The notes below the pieces were generated by a model, which searched no databases, was not told the origin of the DNA, and saw nothing but the letters and a program-made list of their open reading frames with translations. A program made the position numbers and the translations under genes. DNA of 64,000 nt, taken from Tubulanus polymorphus (taxonomy: Eukaryota; Animalia; Nemertea). Below, piece after piece: positions 13,590 to 26,606 of this stretch. Location: positions 2,294,001-2,358,000 of the forward strand of contig NC_134031.1 in the NCBI RefSeq assembly GCF_964204645.1. Direction: 5' to 3'. Numbering within the stretch: position 1 is the first letter of the stretch; the number at the start of each line of letters is the position of its first letter.

Positions 13590-14886
13590 CGTGAAACTTG
13601 TTCGGTCTGTTGTAAAACTTTGACTTCCGTGCTCTTCTATTTCTTTAAGATACTATATACATAGTTGTAATATCGAGAATGATAATAATATAAATCTTAT
13701 TTATACATTTATAAAGAAAGCGATGTTAGCAATAAAGACACAAGGGTTTTGGAAGAGGACGTATTAATGATCGACAAAGCAATTTTCAGAAATAAAGACG
13801 AAACTAAGATAGAAAACAGAAGTAAAATTGCGATGCTGTTTATAATGGAACAGTATTGGATGATTTACTGTACCTTTCGACGATCAGAAATCACTAGATA
13901 AAATCTTATGCTGTACAAAACGTTGTGTTATTTTGATGTAACTTTCATCGTGAAAATAGATACTTAAAAATTCGTGTTTAAATTCTCTTTTCTAATTTCG
14001 ATAAACAACGTTTCTGACTAATCTTAAGTTCTCTACGTTTTTAAAGATGGTAAGATTCTTTTGATTTTGCGACCTACATTTATGAAATGATTGAAAAATT
14101 AGAATATTTCAAATTCGAGGGGATTTAATCTCCCAGCTGATGTTATGCGATAATCCTTTTTTTAATTATCCAATAATATCTTTTAGTGACAACGAAAACG
14201 AACGACAACAAAATAGTTGTTGGCATTATTTTGACTGCTAAAAACTGAATGTTCTGCTGCACCTACCTTTTTCTCCGCTGGTCGGGAATGAATTGCCTTT
14301 GTTTGCCACAAACAGCAACGCCTGAAACAGGTGGTCACGAAATACTAGCTTAGAAAATTTCAAGGCCACTTGTAGTCGAGAAATCAAAATATGAACACGC
14401 TGATGAAAAAATATTCTAGCTTAAAGTTTGTATGAAAATAATATACCATTTTTTTATCCGCCGAGCAATCGGTGAAACGTGATACTATTTTATGTACTTT
14501 TGTCGATAGATTTCAATTCTGAAGGAAAGGAAATCCAATCTATTATTCAAAAAAAGAGAATTCCCATTCCTTTTTTGCCATATTAAGTTTTATTTTCAGG
14601 AGTACAGTATATACACTAGCAAAGCGTCAATCTGACGTTCTATGATGTGTTGAATGTAAATACTTTTACATGATATGGCGCGATATTTTGAAATATAGAA
14701 AGAAATACAACAAAGTGTTAGTTGTGTTAGGTTATTGTGGTTGTTTTCTGTGCTCATGTTTAAATGGAGAGGGTAAATTACATATATTCGAATTTTTCCG
14801 AATGAAATTGGCAATATTTGAAATCAATTTAGAACTTTGTTCGAATTCAAGATTTTTTTCATTATATACAATACATAATTCAAACC

Positions 14887-15364
14887 TGATTTCGGACGCG
14901 GTGGTTCTCTCCTGGTTTCAGTGTGGTGATTTCGGACGCGGTGGTTCTCTCCTGGTTTCAGTGTGGTGATTTCGGACGCGGTGGTTCTCTCCTGGTTTCA
15001 GTGTGGTGATTTCGGACGCGGTGGTTCTCTCCTGGTTTCAGTGTGGTGATTTCGGACGCGGTGGTTCTCTCCTGGGTTTCAGTGTGGTGATTTCGGACGC
15101 GGTGGTTCTCTCCTGGTTTCAGTGTGGTGATTTCGGACGCGGTGGTTCTCTCCTGGTTTCAGTGTGGTGATTTCGAACGCGATGGTTCTCTCCTGGGTTT
15201 CAGTGTGGTGATTTCGGACGCGGTGGTTCTCTCCTGGGTTTCAGTGTGGTGATTTCGGACGCGGTGGTTCTCTCCTGGTTTCAGTGTGGTGATTTCGGAC
15301 GCGGTGGTTCTCTCCTGGTTTCAGTGTGGTGATTTCGGACGCGGTGGTTCTCTCCTGGGTTTCA
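14887..15364. repeat. 40-bp minisatellite, ~12 copies
   Basis: Unit TGATTTCGGACGCGGTGGTTCTCTCCTGGTTTCAGTGTGG, some units with one extra G. Confidence 0.97.
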
Positions 15365-15381
15365 ACAACAACAACAACGAT

Positions 15382-15422
<41 letters not shown>

Positions 15423-15447
15423 AAACAATAATAATAATAATAATAAT
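15363..15447. repeat. Compound (CAA)n(TAA)n microsatellite
   Basis: Directly abuts the 40-bp minisatellite. Confidence 0.95.
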
Positions 15448-15696
15448 GTCTCATGCACCTGGCCATATCAGCACATATTCGTGTCTTAGCCTCACCAGTT
15501 AATAATAACCAAGTTAATGATTTGGACACAGAATCTTCAACGCTAAGCCGTATAGGATTTGCCAATGGCAACCTTATTCGTACGTTCTTGCAGTCAGCTT
15601 TGGGAAAAATTGCCGTATTTACGAACTTAAGTAACATATCTCACGATTTACCATATATATTTATATACCAATTTTATTTTCACCGTTGTTACAATT

Positions 15697-18600
15697 TTAT
15701 TTGCAACGGAAAATGATATCATCGAGAGCGATATCGCTTAATGTTCCAGATCCTCTTGTGGCCACAAATTTCACCTATAAGATAAACGGGTATTTGATTA
15801 TATACAGCCACAGCGGGTTCTTCGTGACAGGTAAACCATATACTTACATTGATTACTCCGGCCGGTAGCAGGATATTTCGAGCGTGCCAATAATCCCCCT
15901 TATCACCAGATTCTTCAAATACCTTGTTACCATTGAAAAATACCTCTAGCGAACCCATGTTTATACCGTGCATATGGTACCAAAAGTTCATATTACAACT
16001 CCACCCGTCCAGGATCGTAAGGCTGTTTTCAAACGTGGCAATGCTGCCTTCTGGCACGTTAGAAGCTTCCATGTAGACGTAATGACCTGTAAAAGACAAA
16101 TAGGTACCGTACACGTTATATGGAGATGAACACGGTCCGACTGACCTCTAACTGCCCAATGTATTACTTTAGAAACACTTATGCAAGCGATTCAGAACGC
16201 AGTAACGATACTGTGGCAATCGAGGATTCCCCTAGAAGCAACTGACGATCAGCCAGCTAGTGCTAGCGGGCATGCATTAAGACACACAATCCCCAAATGG
16301 GGTTTTCTTAAATTCGATAAAAAAAGTCTTACAAATATTTTTCACAATTTAAACAAATAACAAATAGACATTGAATACGCACAATCTGAAACCCAAACGA
16401 CTTTACTTAATATAGGTCGAGCAGGAGCGGATCCAGATTGGAGTGCCTATTTCAATTCTATGCGCTCCTTTTAGTCAGCAACTGTATCCACCCCTGCGAT
16501 ACCATACGTATTGATAGTCAGTATTCATATACGCACCTCGCCAATCGCCGATAGTATGGTCTCCAGGTTTGGGTCCCGTATCAAAGGTTCCAGTTTCGCC
16601 ATTTTTCAATTGGAAATTTAAACTTTTCCACGAACCCAGCCCATTTTCAAAAGCGGTACTCGGAAATCCAACATTGCCTTGAATATAATCGGAAGAACTT
16701 GATATAAAAGCTACGTATGGTGGCTAATTCGGGCCATGTAGAAAAAAATCACGCCAATGCAATTTTTTAACCGGGTGCCTTAGATTCGTTTTAACTCGTA
16801 AAAAAAGAAAATTACCATCATAAAACGAGAAAAATTCGTTTCGTCGCGAACTTTCCGTTTTATTGCGCAATAAAATCCTTTTTTCATTTTATCGCGCTAT
16901 TTTTCGTTTCAACGACGCAAAAAACGAAAAGTTCGTTTTATCGCTTGATAAAACGAAAGTAGAATCCTGTTTTATCGCGGTTATTTCTCGTTTTAACGTG
17001 TTTTTTTTCGTTTTTATGTTGAGATAAAACGACTTTCAAGCGCATGTTGAAAAAATTTGTAAAGTCTGTGATTCTTTTTTTACATGGCCTGAAACAGCCA
17101 CCATAAAAAGCAGAGTATTTTTTGAAATATTGAAATCATTACCAGCACATTCTGACGCGCTACATTTTTTATATTCTTTTTCGACGCCGTATCCAGTATT
17201 GATATTACAATTTGTATTCTTAAAACAAAATCGCTGTCTCGTCTTATAACTGCATTTGATAGCGCAGTTGATCGCAGTCCAAGGCGACCACGGGGTCACA
17301 CCTTTTGACACATCTGTATACAGAATATTCAAGAAAAACATCGAGATTGAAATCGGAACCAGTAAGGAATTTACCAATTCAATAATTCAAACTTGAAAGA
17401 AATTAATTGTATTGATAAAAGCGTTTCATACCAGTTTCACAGGAGTACAGCATATTGATTCCTATAATATCTAACTCGCTCAGTCGTTCTCGCTGCCCAA
17501 TTACTGTGTTCGGGTCTCCTTTCACTTCTAAAGTTGATTTATCATCGTACCATATATTAGGGTAGTGCATGATGCTATCGTAGTCGTAGTTTAGTTCGTA
17601 CGTATCCGATGATTCTTTTATCCAGTATTGGCTCTTTAACTCTCGAAACGTAAAATAGAAACAAAATCCTTTCATTTCTGAGGACCGTGTGTAGCGTTTT
17701 TAGAATTACATTCTCAAGGTAATCACTTTTGATAAGCTTCATTCTTAAACTAGCTTCATTATACTCACTCCAGATAACATACTTACTTGTGGCTACGTTA
17801 TTGATAAAAACGTTGACATAATCGTCACGGTCGGGTCTGACGTGTTCATGAAAGAATCCTACAAGTGCAAATGACTATAGAAAACAAAGCATATTTGAGA
17901 TTGTTTTACAACACTTATGTCCTAACTCATCTATCGGGGAAGCTTCAGCTACGACAATCCTGAGTTATGCAACGACGGGTAAAGCTAGTAGTTTTCAACA
18001 ATAAACCTAGACGATTTTATTCTTCAGATTAGCTTGGGAATTTGCCTGCAAGATGCATCAGGCTCCAAGACTAGTCTCCAACTCAACTGATTGTTCATAG
18101 ATTCACATTATATTTATACAATAAGTCGACATAGCACACGACTAATTAAAAAACGAACTGCTATCACTGATGCCTGTTGTCATCACGAGTAATAAGTAAT
18201 TAATTGCGAATTTAACAATAGTGCGATTAAAAGTCTACATGTATATCATTTTTGCTAAATTTGCGTAGTTCGAAAGGTTAATATTGAAAATGACGAAACT
18301 AGCTATCCGTTTAGTAGTGTACTATTCAAAGCAATCAATTGACCCAGAACAGCTCCCCTCCCTCAGAAAAATATCCCAGCGTCAGATATAAGATCTACAA
18401 ACAGCGACTAGGAAAGTGAAATTTGTTTTTGATTTGACATTGATTTCCCGATTGAAGTCCCTTTGAATACGTACCCAATACGTGCATTAGCTCGTGCATT
18501 ACGTTACCCACTTGACAATATCCACCAACCTGCACTTGTTGTTTTCCCCCCGCTCTGCCGAGTTCACTAGCGCATACGCTGTAAAAAGGAACCAAGATCA

Positions 18601-19898
18601 TTTTATTTCGGTATTAGATTGGATGCATCTGACATCATGAATATACAGCTTTTTTTCTCGACTACGGAAGTGTCCTGAGGACATCATTTGAGTGAGAAAA
18701 AAGTTTTATTCTATGTCTAGTCATATCTCAACATTTTGCCGACTGTCGAGTAGTATCATGACGTCACTATAAATTTTCGGAATTGTTCAGCGCCCTTTCC
18801 GCTAGTGATAAACAATTGAGTCTCTGTTATATTTTTCTGCGAGCATTCGGGATTGCGTGTCGTATGACTTGGTCGAGTAAAGAAAGCTTTGAAAAATTAT
18901 GGAAAACGCTAAGAATATAAACCGGCGACCAGTTTAACAAATCCATTGTTTACCGCTAACGATGAGGGCGCTGATCAAACACAAGATTACTAGCGGCACC
19001 TAGCGGATTTTTACGGGATCCCGATCGCTTATTTCTATGCCTCGGGAAAATTTTTCAAGCAGACATTTTGATTATTTTGTTTATTTACCAGTCATTAGTC
19101 CAAAACTCAATGTAATCTACATGGCCGGCGTTCTTTGGTACAAATGTGATACACGTGTTCGTTTGAATATACGTCATAGCTTCATTAATTCGTGATTTCA
19201 TAGTTTCTGTAGCAAAAAAAGTAAATATACAAATATAAAAGAGGCCACTCTCTTTCTCTCCTCTTTCTGACTACTCTAATATAAGGTAACGCCTGCGCAG
19301 TAGTAGATGAAAGACTTACGATTGACGTGACTGGCAAACGTGTACGGAATGACACGATCCATCCAAAGATCTTCCCTGAAGGATGTGGAAGATCGTTTTT
19401 TACGACTGCTCGGATTGTTCTTATTGTTTGGATTGTTTGGGTTGTTTGGGTTGTCAATAATGTCTCCATCGATGATATTGGTGCCGCTATCTAAAATCCC
19501 AAATGTGCATTCATAATATTCCAATATTTTCCAGGAAATACAAATGACATTTGGTCATCTGCGAATGGCCGCTTCTCAATGAAGAGATTGTAGATTTGAA
19601 AAATAACTGAAAATGTAGACAGGATGTGTTTACGAATTTCAGGGATTTAAAACCAAAGGAAATTGATTGTAGACTTCAGAATCCGATTCAACACACAGCC
19701 GTAGTACTGGGTTCTGTATAAGTATATATATTATTTTCGCGTATACATTAATTAAAAAAGTAAAATATACTTGCCCATTTTCGTATTATCTTTGTAAGGG
19801 GGCATCAGAATAGGAGGATTTGTAGGAGCAGATAAACCCGGTGAAATCATCGCGATCAGTATGATGCATGTCAGCAGAAAAGTTATCCTTATCATCAT
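15697..19898 (-). CDS. Astacin metalloprotease-TSP1-MAM, copy 2 (~472 aa, 10 exons, apparently intact)
   Basis: Signal peptide MMIRITFLLTCIILIAMISPGLSA, propeptide IDGDI + NPN repeats + RKKR, HELMHVLGFFHEHVRPDRD, SIMHY, TSP1-like WSPW..C..RQRFC, MAM (DHT..GHYVYMEAS..FWYHMHG..DIALDDI); same exon structure as copy 1. Confidence 0.9.
16422..16496. mobile_element. Short degenerate MITE of the AGGGGCGGATCC-TIR type (also 23159-23233)
   Basis: CAGGAGCGGATCCAG...CTGTATCCACCCCTG imperfect inverted ends, similar to 34069-34314. Confidence 0.5.
16716..17105. mobile_element. MITE in astacin intron 7 (copy 2)
   Basis: Ends TATGGTGGCTAATTCGGGCCATGTAGAAAAAAATCAC / GTGATTCTTTTTTTACATGGCCTGAAACAGCCACCATA are reverse complements, bounded by TA; absent from the equivalent copy-1 intron. 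Confidence 0.85.
18784..18977. mobile_element. MITE in astacin intron 3 (copy 2; also 25508-25702)
   Basis: ~35-bp imperfect TIR TGTTCAGCGCCCT..TAAACAAT / ATTGTTTA..AGGGCGCTGATCA; absent from copy 1. Confidence 0.7.
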
Positions 19899-21425
19899 GG
19901 AACCTGTCCTGTGTTTGTGTTCGAACGTCAAATATATTATAGTTATTACAATAAAAATTCACTTATCTTCATTGTGAATCTTTATGGAAAGAGGTCCACG
20001 GTATAAGAAGTTGTTGTACTAATAGGCCTTTGTACGCCATACGTATGTTGCAATTAATAAGATGTCGTTTTACATCGTGAATTGCCCATTTCTGAGTGAG
20101 CTTTGTTATAACCATCGTCAGAATATCCGAAGCAAGCGAAGAAAATAAGTGCGTTTGATTTTACTTCGTGTTTTAATTCTTTTTTCTTAGATTTCAATAA
20201 AAAATGTTTCTAGAAGTCTACCTCGTTTTAGCCCACCCCGACCAACGTGTAATGATGGAAGAATTAGAATATTTCGAATTTGAGGAATAATCTTCCAGCT
20301 GATGTCACGCGATAATATTTTTATTTACATCGACGATTAAAAAGATTTTTTGGCATTATTATTTTGACTGAAAATGCGTTTTAAAAACTGAATTTTTTTC
20401 TGCACCTACCTTTTACCCTGCAGTTCGGATAGGAATTGATTTTGTTCGCCAGCGACAACGCCTTAAAACTAACAGGTGGTTCAGAAATACTAGCTTAGAA
20501 ATATTCAATTTGCCTTCGAACGCGCTGGTGAAAAACATGTGTTTCGTTTAGTACTTTAGCATTTAGTTTGTATGTAAATAATATATCCTTTGTTCTCTGC
20601 CGGGCAATAGGTGCAACGCGATATTATTTTAAATACTCTTTTAATTTAATTTCAATTCTAAAGGGAAGGAAATCCAATCTATAATTCGAAAAAGGAGAAT
20701 TTCCATTCCTCTTAGTTGGGAATCGGATATTTCAGCTATCGCTTTCAAAAAACGAAGTCCCGTTTTGAGTTCATTTCAAGTCACCAATATGCAATAAAAA
20801 ATACTAAATCTTTGCTAGAATTATGAAAGTACAATATTAGAAAAAACCGGCGTATAAAATTACGTGAAAAAATAATCTAACATTTATCATAGCAGCGACT
20901 CTCAGCAAGTACGTCATTGGTTTACTTCCATTCCTCTTGGAATAGCGCTGGTGCATATGTTTACCAGTATATTCTATCGGTGGTGTATACGTATACACTT
21001 TTACTTCTACCATCTTAATACCAGGATTACCGGGAGAGAATATCAACAGGGATACAGGGCGTATTTATTGAAAAGGTAATAATCTGCTGAAAATCATAGC
21101 TGTTCGATATGTACTGTGTATAAAGTCATCAATATTAGATGGACGTATACTTCAAAATACGATATTACCCCTTTTGCAATCATCTTTAACGTTTGTTCTT
21201 GCACAAGTTCATTTAACTGCACAGTTCGTAGACATCGTATCTATTTGTTCTAAAGGTATATTGTTATGCACAAATTTGCAGGGTTCAGTTCAGGTTTAGT
21301 CTAGAAAACCGAGGGACTTTAAGTAGCCTCAGGTGGAATCTTGGATTTTCTCAGTACCGTTGATTTGATTAAAGGTTCCTCATTAACGGGATTGTTTGGT
21401 CTAATCAATTCTTATTTCTATTTAG

Positions 21426-21529
21426 ATGGATTCGGGTTCGTCCGATAGCGAACAAGACAAATCAGCACCGGACATCCAGCGCCTCCTGGCGGACACCGTC
21501 ATCTACAAGTCGCCGTTTAGCGACATAGC
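21426..21529 (+). pseudogene. Truncated duplicate of the first 104 coding bases of the ankyrin/SOCS-box gene
   Basis: ATGGATTCGGGTTCGTCCGATAGC...GACATAGC matches 28170-28273 with few substitutions, then identity stops abruptly. Confidence 0.92.
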
Positions 21530-21889
21530 CAATCAGAATGCAGGATGAAGCAGTCATTTGGGCTCAAAGAGGGGCCCCATGAATGATTCCTGTCCTGCGA
21601 TTTGAATTGTAATGTTATCATCCAGTAGCTGGGTATACGTATCTAAGAAACTCTACAACATTATCGGATACCATCCTTATTTTGGCTGCAGTTTCTGGTG
21701 CGAATTTCAAACTGCCCCGAGCTCTCGCTTTTGGATCCATGATCGTATCCATTTTTTTGGTTTTGTCTGTTTTTTCTATTTTTTTCTGTCAAGTCCAACT
21801 CGAGGCCCGCTTACGAAATCGTAAAACCGCAATCATTCGTTGATAGTAAAAGTGTTCGCCGGGATTTACGTAAAATGTCATATATCATT

Positions 21890-22160
21890 ACGAAATTGCC
21901 CTGTTGGTCTTTCGCTGTACTCACGATCAAGCGCCACAGTACCCAAAGGACATGATTGAAAGTTATGTGCCAACTAGACAATTACGCTCATCTAGTCATA
22001 ATCTTTTAAAATTGCCCCGGGCAAAAACACAATATGGTGAACGCTGTTTTAAATTCTCAGGACCTTTTATCTGGAACGCCCTACCACCCGATCCTAGATC
22101 TATTGATAGTTTTAATTGTTTCAAGAAGTTTTTTCAAAACCAATCTTTTTATCCGGGCAT
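21890..22160 (+). mobile_element. Decayed 3' fragment of a CR1/L2-type LINE ORF2
   Basis: LVFRC..APQY..YVPTRQLRSS..LLKLP..YGERCF..GPFIWNALP..S.NCFKK is the typical post-RT C-terminal segment of these LINEs. Confidence 0.8.
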
Positions 22161-22437
22161 TTTCGTAGGATTTTCCTGGATTTCGTTGTCCCGTTCTACT
22201 TACTGTAGTCAGCGCATATTCGTGTCTTTGCCTCAACAGTTAATAATAACCAAGTTAATGATTTGGACACAGAATCTTCAACGCTAAGCCGTATAGGATT
22301 TGCCAATGGCAACCTTATTCGTACGTTCTTGCAGTCAGCTTTGGGAAAAATTGCCGTATTTTCGAACTTAAGTAACATATCTCACGATTTACCATATATA
22401 TTTATATACCAACTTTATTTTCACCGTTGTTACAATT

Positions 22438-25400
22438 TTATTGGCAACGGAAAATGATATCATCGAGAGCGATATCGCTTAATGTTCCAGATCCTCTTGT
22501 GGCCACAAATTTCACCTATAAGATAAACGGGTATTTGATTATATACAGCCACAGCGGGTTCTTCGTGACAAGTAAACCATATACTTACATTGATTACTCC
22601 GGCCGGTAGCAGGATATTTCGAGAGTGCCAATAATCCCCCTTATCACCAGATTCTTCAAATACCTTGTTACCATTGAAAAATACCTCTAGCAAACCCATG
22701 TTTATACCGTGCATATGGTACCAAAAGTTCATATTACAACTCCACCCGTCCAGGATCGTAAGGCTGTTTTCAAACGTGGCAATGCTGCCTTCTGGCACGT
22801 TAGAAGCTTCCATGTAGACGTAATGACCTGTAAAAGACAAATAGGTACCGTACACGTTTGAGATGAACACGGTCCGACTGACCTCTAACTGCCCAAAGTG
22901 TTACTTTAGAAACACTTATGCAAGCGATTCAGAACGCAGTAACGATACTGTGGCAATCGAGGATTCCCCTAGAAGCAACTGACGATCAGCCAGCTAGTGC
23001 TAGTGGGCATGCATTAAGACACACAATCCCCAAATGGGGTTTTCTTAAATTCGATAAAAAAAGTCTTACAAATATTTTTCACAATTTGAACGAATAACAA
23101 ATAGACATTGATTACGCACAATCTGAAACCCAAACGACTTTACTTAATATAGGTCGAGCAGGAGCGGATCCAGATTGGAGTGCCTATTTCAATTCTATGC
23201 GCTCCTTTTAGTCAGCAACTGTATCCACCCCTGCGATACTATACGTATTGATAGTCAGTATTCATATACGCACCTCGCCAATCGCCGATAGTATGGTCTC
23301 CAGGTTTGGGTCCCGTATCAAAGGTTCCAGTTTCGCCATTTTTCAATTGGAAATTTAAACTTTTCCACGAACCCAGCCCATTTTCAAAAGCGGTACTCGG
23401 AAATCCAACATTGCCTTGAATATAATCGGAAGAACTTGATATAAAAGCTACGTATGGTGGCTAATTCGGGCCATGTAGAAAAAAATCACGCCAATGCAAT
23501 TTTTTAACCGGGTGCCTTAGATTCGTTTTAACTCGTAAAAAAAGAAAATTACCATCATAAAACGAGAAAAATTCGTTTCGTCGCGAACTTTCCGTTTTAT
23601 TGCGCAATAAAATCCTTTTTTCATTTTATCGCGCTATTTTTCGTTTCAACGACGCAATAAAACGACAAAGTTCGTTTTATCGCTCGATAAAACGAAAGTA
23701 GAATCCTGTTTTATCGCGGTAATTTTTCGTTTTTTCTTCGTTTTTATGTTAAGATAAAACGACTTTCAAGCGCATGTTGAAAAAATTTGCAAAGTCTGTG
23801 ATTCTTTTTTTACATGGCCTGAAACAGCCACCATAAAAAGCAGAGTCTTTTTTGAAATATTGAAATCATTCATCATTACCAGCACATTCTGACGCGCTAC
23901 ATTTCTTATATTCTTCTTCGACGCCGTATCCAGTTTTGATATTACAATTTGTGTTCTTGAAACAAAATCGTTGTCTCGTCTTATAACTGCATTTGATAGC
24001 GCAGTTGATCGCAGTCCAAGGCGACCACGGGGTCACACCTTTTGACACATCTGTATACAGAATATTCAAGAAAGGCATCGAGATTGAAATCGGAACCAGT
24101 AAGGAATTTACCAATTCAATAATTCAAACTTGAAAGAAATTAATTGTATTGAAAAAAGCGTTTCATACCAGTTTCACAGGAGTACAGCATATTGATTCCT
24201 ATAATGTCTAACTCGCTCAGTCGTTCTCGCTGCCCAATTACTGTGTTCGGGTCTCCTTTCACTTCCAAAATTGATTGACCATTTTCCCTTATATTAGGGT
24301 AGTGCATGATGCTGTCGTAGTCGTAGTTTAGTTCGTACGTATCCGAATAAATTTTTTTCTTGTATTGGGACTTAAATTCTCGAAACGAAAATTAGAAACA
24401 AAATCCTTTCATTTCTGAGGACCGTGTGTAGCGTTTTTTAGAAATACATTCTCAAGGTAATCACTTTTGATAAGCTTCATACTTAAACTAGCTTCATTAT
24501 ACTCACTCCAGATAACATACTTACTTGTGGCTACGCGATTCATAAAAACGTTGACATAATCGTCACGGTCGGGTCTGACGTGTTCATGAAAGAATCCTAC
24601 AAGTGAAAATGACTATAGAAAACAAAGCATATTTGAGATTGTTTTACAACACTTAATGTCCTAACTCATCTATCGGGGAAGCTTCAGCTACGACAATCCT
24701 GAGTTATGCAAAGACGAGTAAAGCTAGTAGTTTTCAACAATAAACGTAGACGAATTTATTATTCAGATCAGCTTGGGAATTTGCCTGCAAGATGCATCAG
24801 GATTGTTCATAGATTTACATTATATTTATACAATAAGTCGACATAGCACACAACTAATTAAAAAACAAACTGCTATCACTGATGCCTGTTGTCATCACGA
24901 GTAATAAGTAATTAATTGCGAATTTACAAATAGTGCGATTAAAAGTCTACATGTATATCATTTTTGCTAAATTTGTGTAGTTCGAAAGGTTAATATTGAA
25001 AATGACGAAACTAGCTATCCGTTTAGTAGTGTACTATTTAAAGCAATTGATTGACCCAGAACAGCTCCCCTCCCTCAGAAAAATATCTCTGCGTCAGATA
25101 TAAGATCTACAAACAGCGACTAGGAAAGTGAAATTTGTTTTTGATTTGATATTGATTTCTCGATTGAAGTCCCTTTGAATACGTACCCAATACGTGCATT
25201 AGCTCGTGCATTACGTTACCCACTTGACAATATCCACCAACCATCACTTGCTGTTTTCCCCCCGCTCTGCCGAGTTCACTAGCGCATACGCTGTAAAAAG
25301 GAACAAAGATCATTTTATTTCGGTATTAGATTGGATGCATCTGACATCATGAATATACAGCTTTATACTCGACTACGGAAGTATCCCGAGGACATCATTT

Positions 25401-26606
25401 GAGGGAGAAAATAGGTTTATTCTATGTTTAGTCATATCTCAACATTTTGCCGATTGTCGAGTAGTATCATGACGTCACTATAAATTTGTATTTGCGATCT
25501 TCGGAATTGTTCAGCGCCCTTACCGCTAGTGATAAACAATTGAGTCTCTGTTATATTTCTTCTGCGACCATTCGAGATTGCGTGTCATATGATTTGGTCA
25601 AGTGAAGAAAGCTTTAAAAGATTATGGAAAACGCTAAGAATATAAACCGGCGACCAGTTTAGCAAATCAATTGTTTACCGCTAACGATGAGGCCGCTGAT
25701 CAAAACACAAGATTACTAGCGGCACCTAGCGGATTTTTACGGGATCCCGATCGCTTATATTTCTATGCCTCAGGAGAATTTTCAAGCAGACATTTTGATT
25801 TATTTTTGTTTATTTACCGTTCATTAGTCCAAAACTCAATGTAATCTACATGGCCGGCGTTCTTTGGTACAAATGTGATACACGTGTTTGTTTGAATATA
25901 CGTCATAGCTTCATTAATTCTCGATTTCATAGTTTCTGTAGCAAAAAAAGGAAATATGCAAATATAAAAGAGGCCGCTCTCTTTCTCTCCTCTTTCTGAC
26001 TACTTCTAACATACGATAATGCCTTCGCAGTAGTAGATAAAGGGCTTACCATTGACGTGACTGGCAAACGTGTACGGAATGACACGATCCATCCAAAGAT
26101 CTTCCCTGAAGGATAGGGAAGATCGTTTTTTACGACTGCTCGGATTGTTCTTATTGTTTGGATTGTTTGGGTTGTTTGGGTTGTCAATAATGTCTCCGGC
26201 GATGATATTGGTGCCGCTATCTAAAATCCCAAATGTACATTCATAATATTCCAATATTTTCCAGGAAATGCGAATGGCCGCTTCTCACTGAAGAGATTGT
26301 AGATTTGAAAAATAACTGAAAATGTAGCCAGATGTGTTTACGAATTTCAGGGCTTTAAAACCAAAGGAAATTGATTGTAGACTTCAGAATCCGATTCAAC
26401 ACACAGCTGTAGTACTGGGTTCTGTATAAGTATATATATTATTTTCGCGTATACATTAATTAAGAAAGTAAAATATACTTGCCAATTTTCGTATTATCTT
26501 TGTAAGGGGGCATCAGAATAGGAGGATCTTTAGGGGCAGATAAACCCGGTGAAATCATCGCGATCAGTATGATGCATATCGGCAAAACAGTTATCCTTAT
26601 CATCAT
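22438..26606 (-). CDS. Astacin metalloprotease-TSP1-MAM, copy 3 (~472 aa, 10 exons, apparently intact)
   Basis: Same exons and motifs as copy 2; ATG 26606, stop TAA 22440-22438. Confidence 0.9.
23453..23835. mobile_element. MITE in astacin intron 7 (copy 3)
   Basis: Duplicate of 16716-17105 with the same TIRs. Confidence 0.85.

Larger units (their letters stand above)
15468..21529. repeat. Tandem segmental duplication, unit A (paralogous to 22209-28273)
   Basis: Collinear high identity through exons, introns, intronic MITEs and upstream DNA; ends inside the duplicated start of the ankyrin/SOCS gene. Confidence 0.93.

Noticed and set aside
14887-15364. CRISPR-like array
   Set aside because: Units are head-to-tail with no unique spacers, there are no cas genes and the context is eukaryotic.
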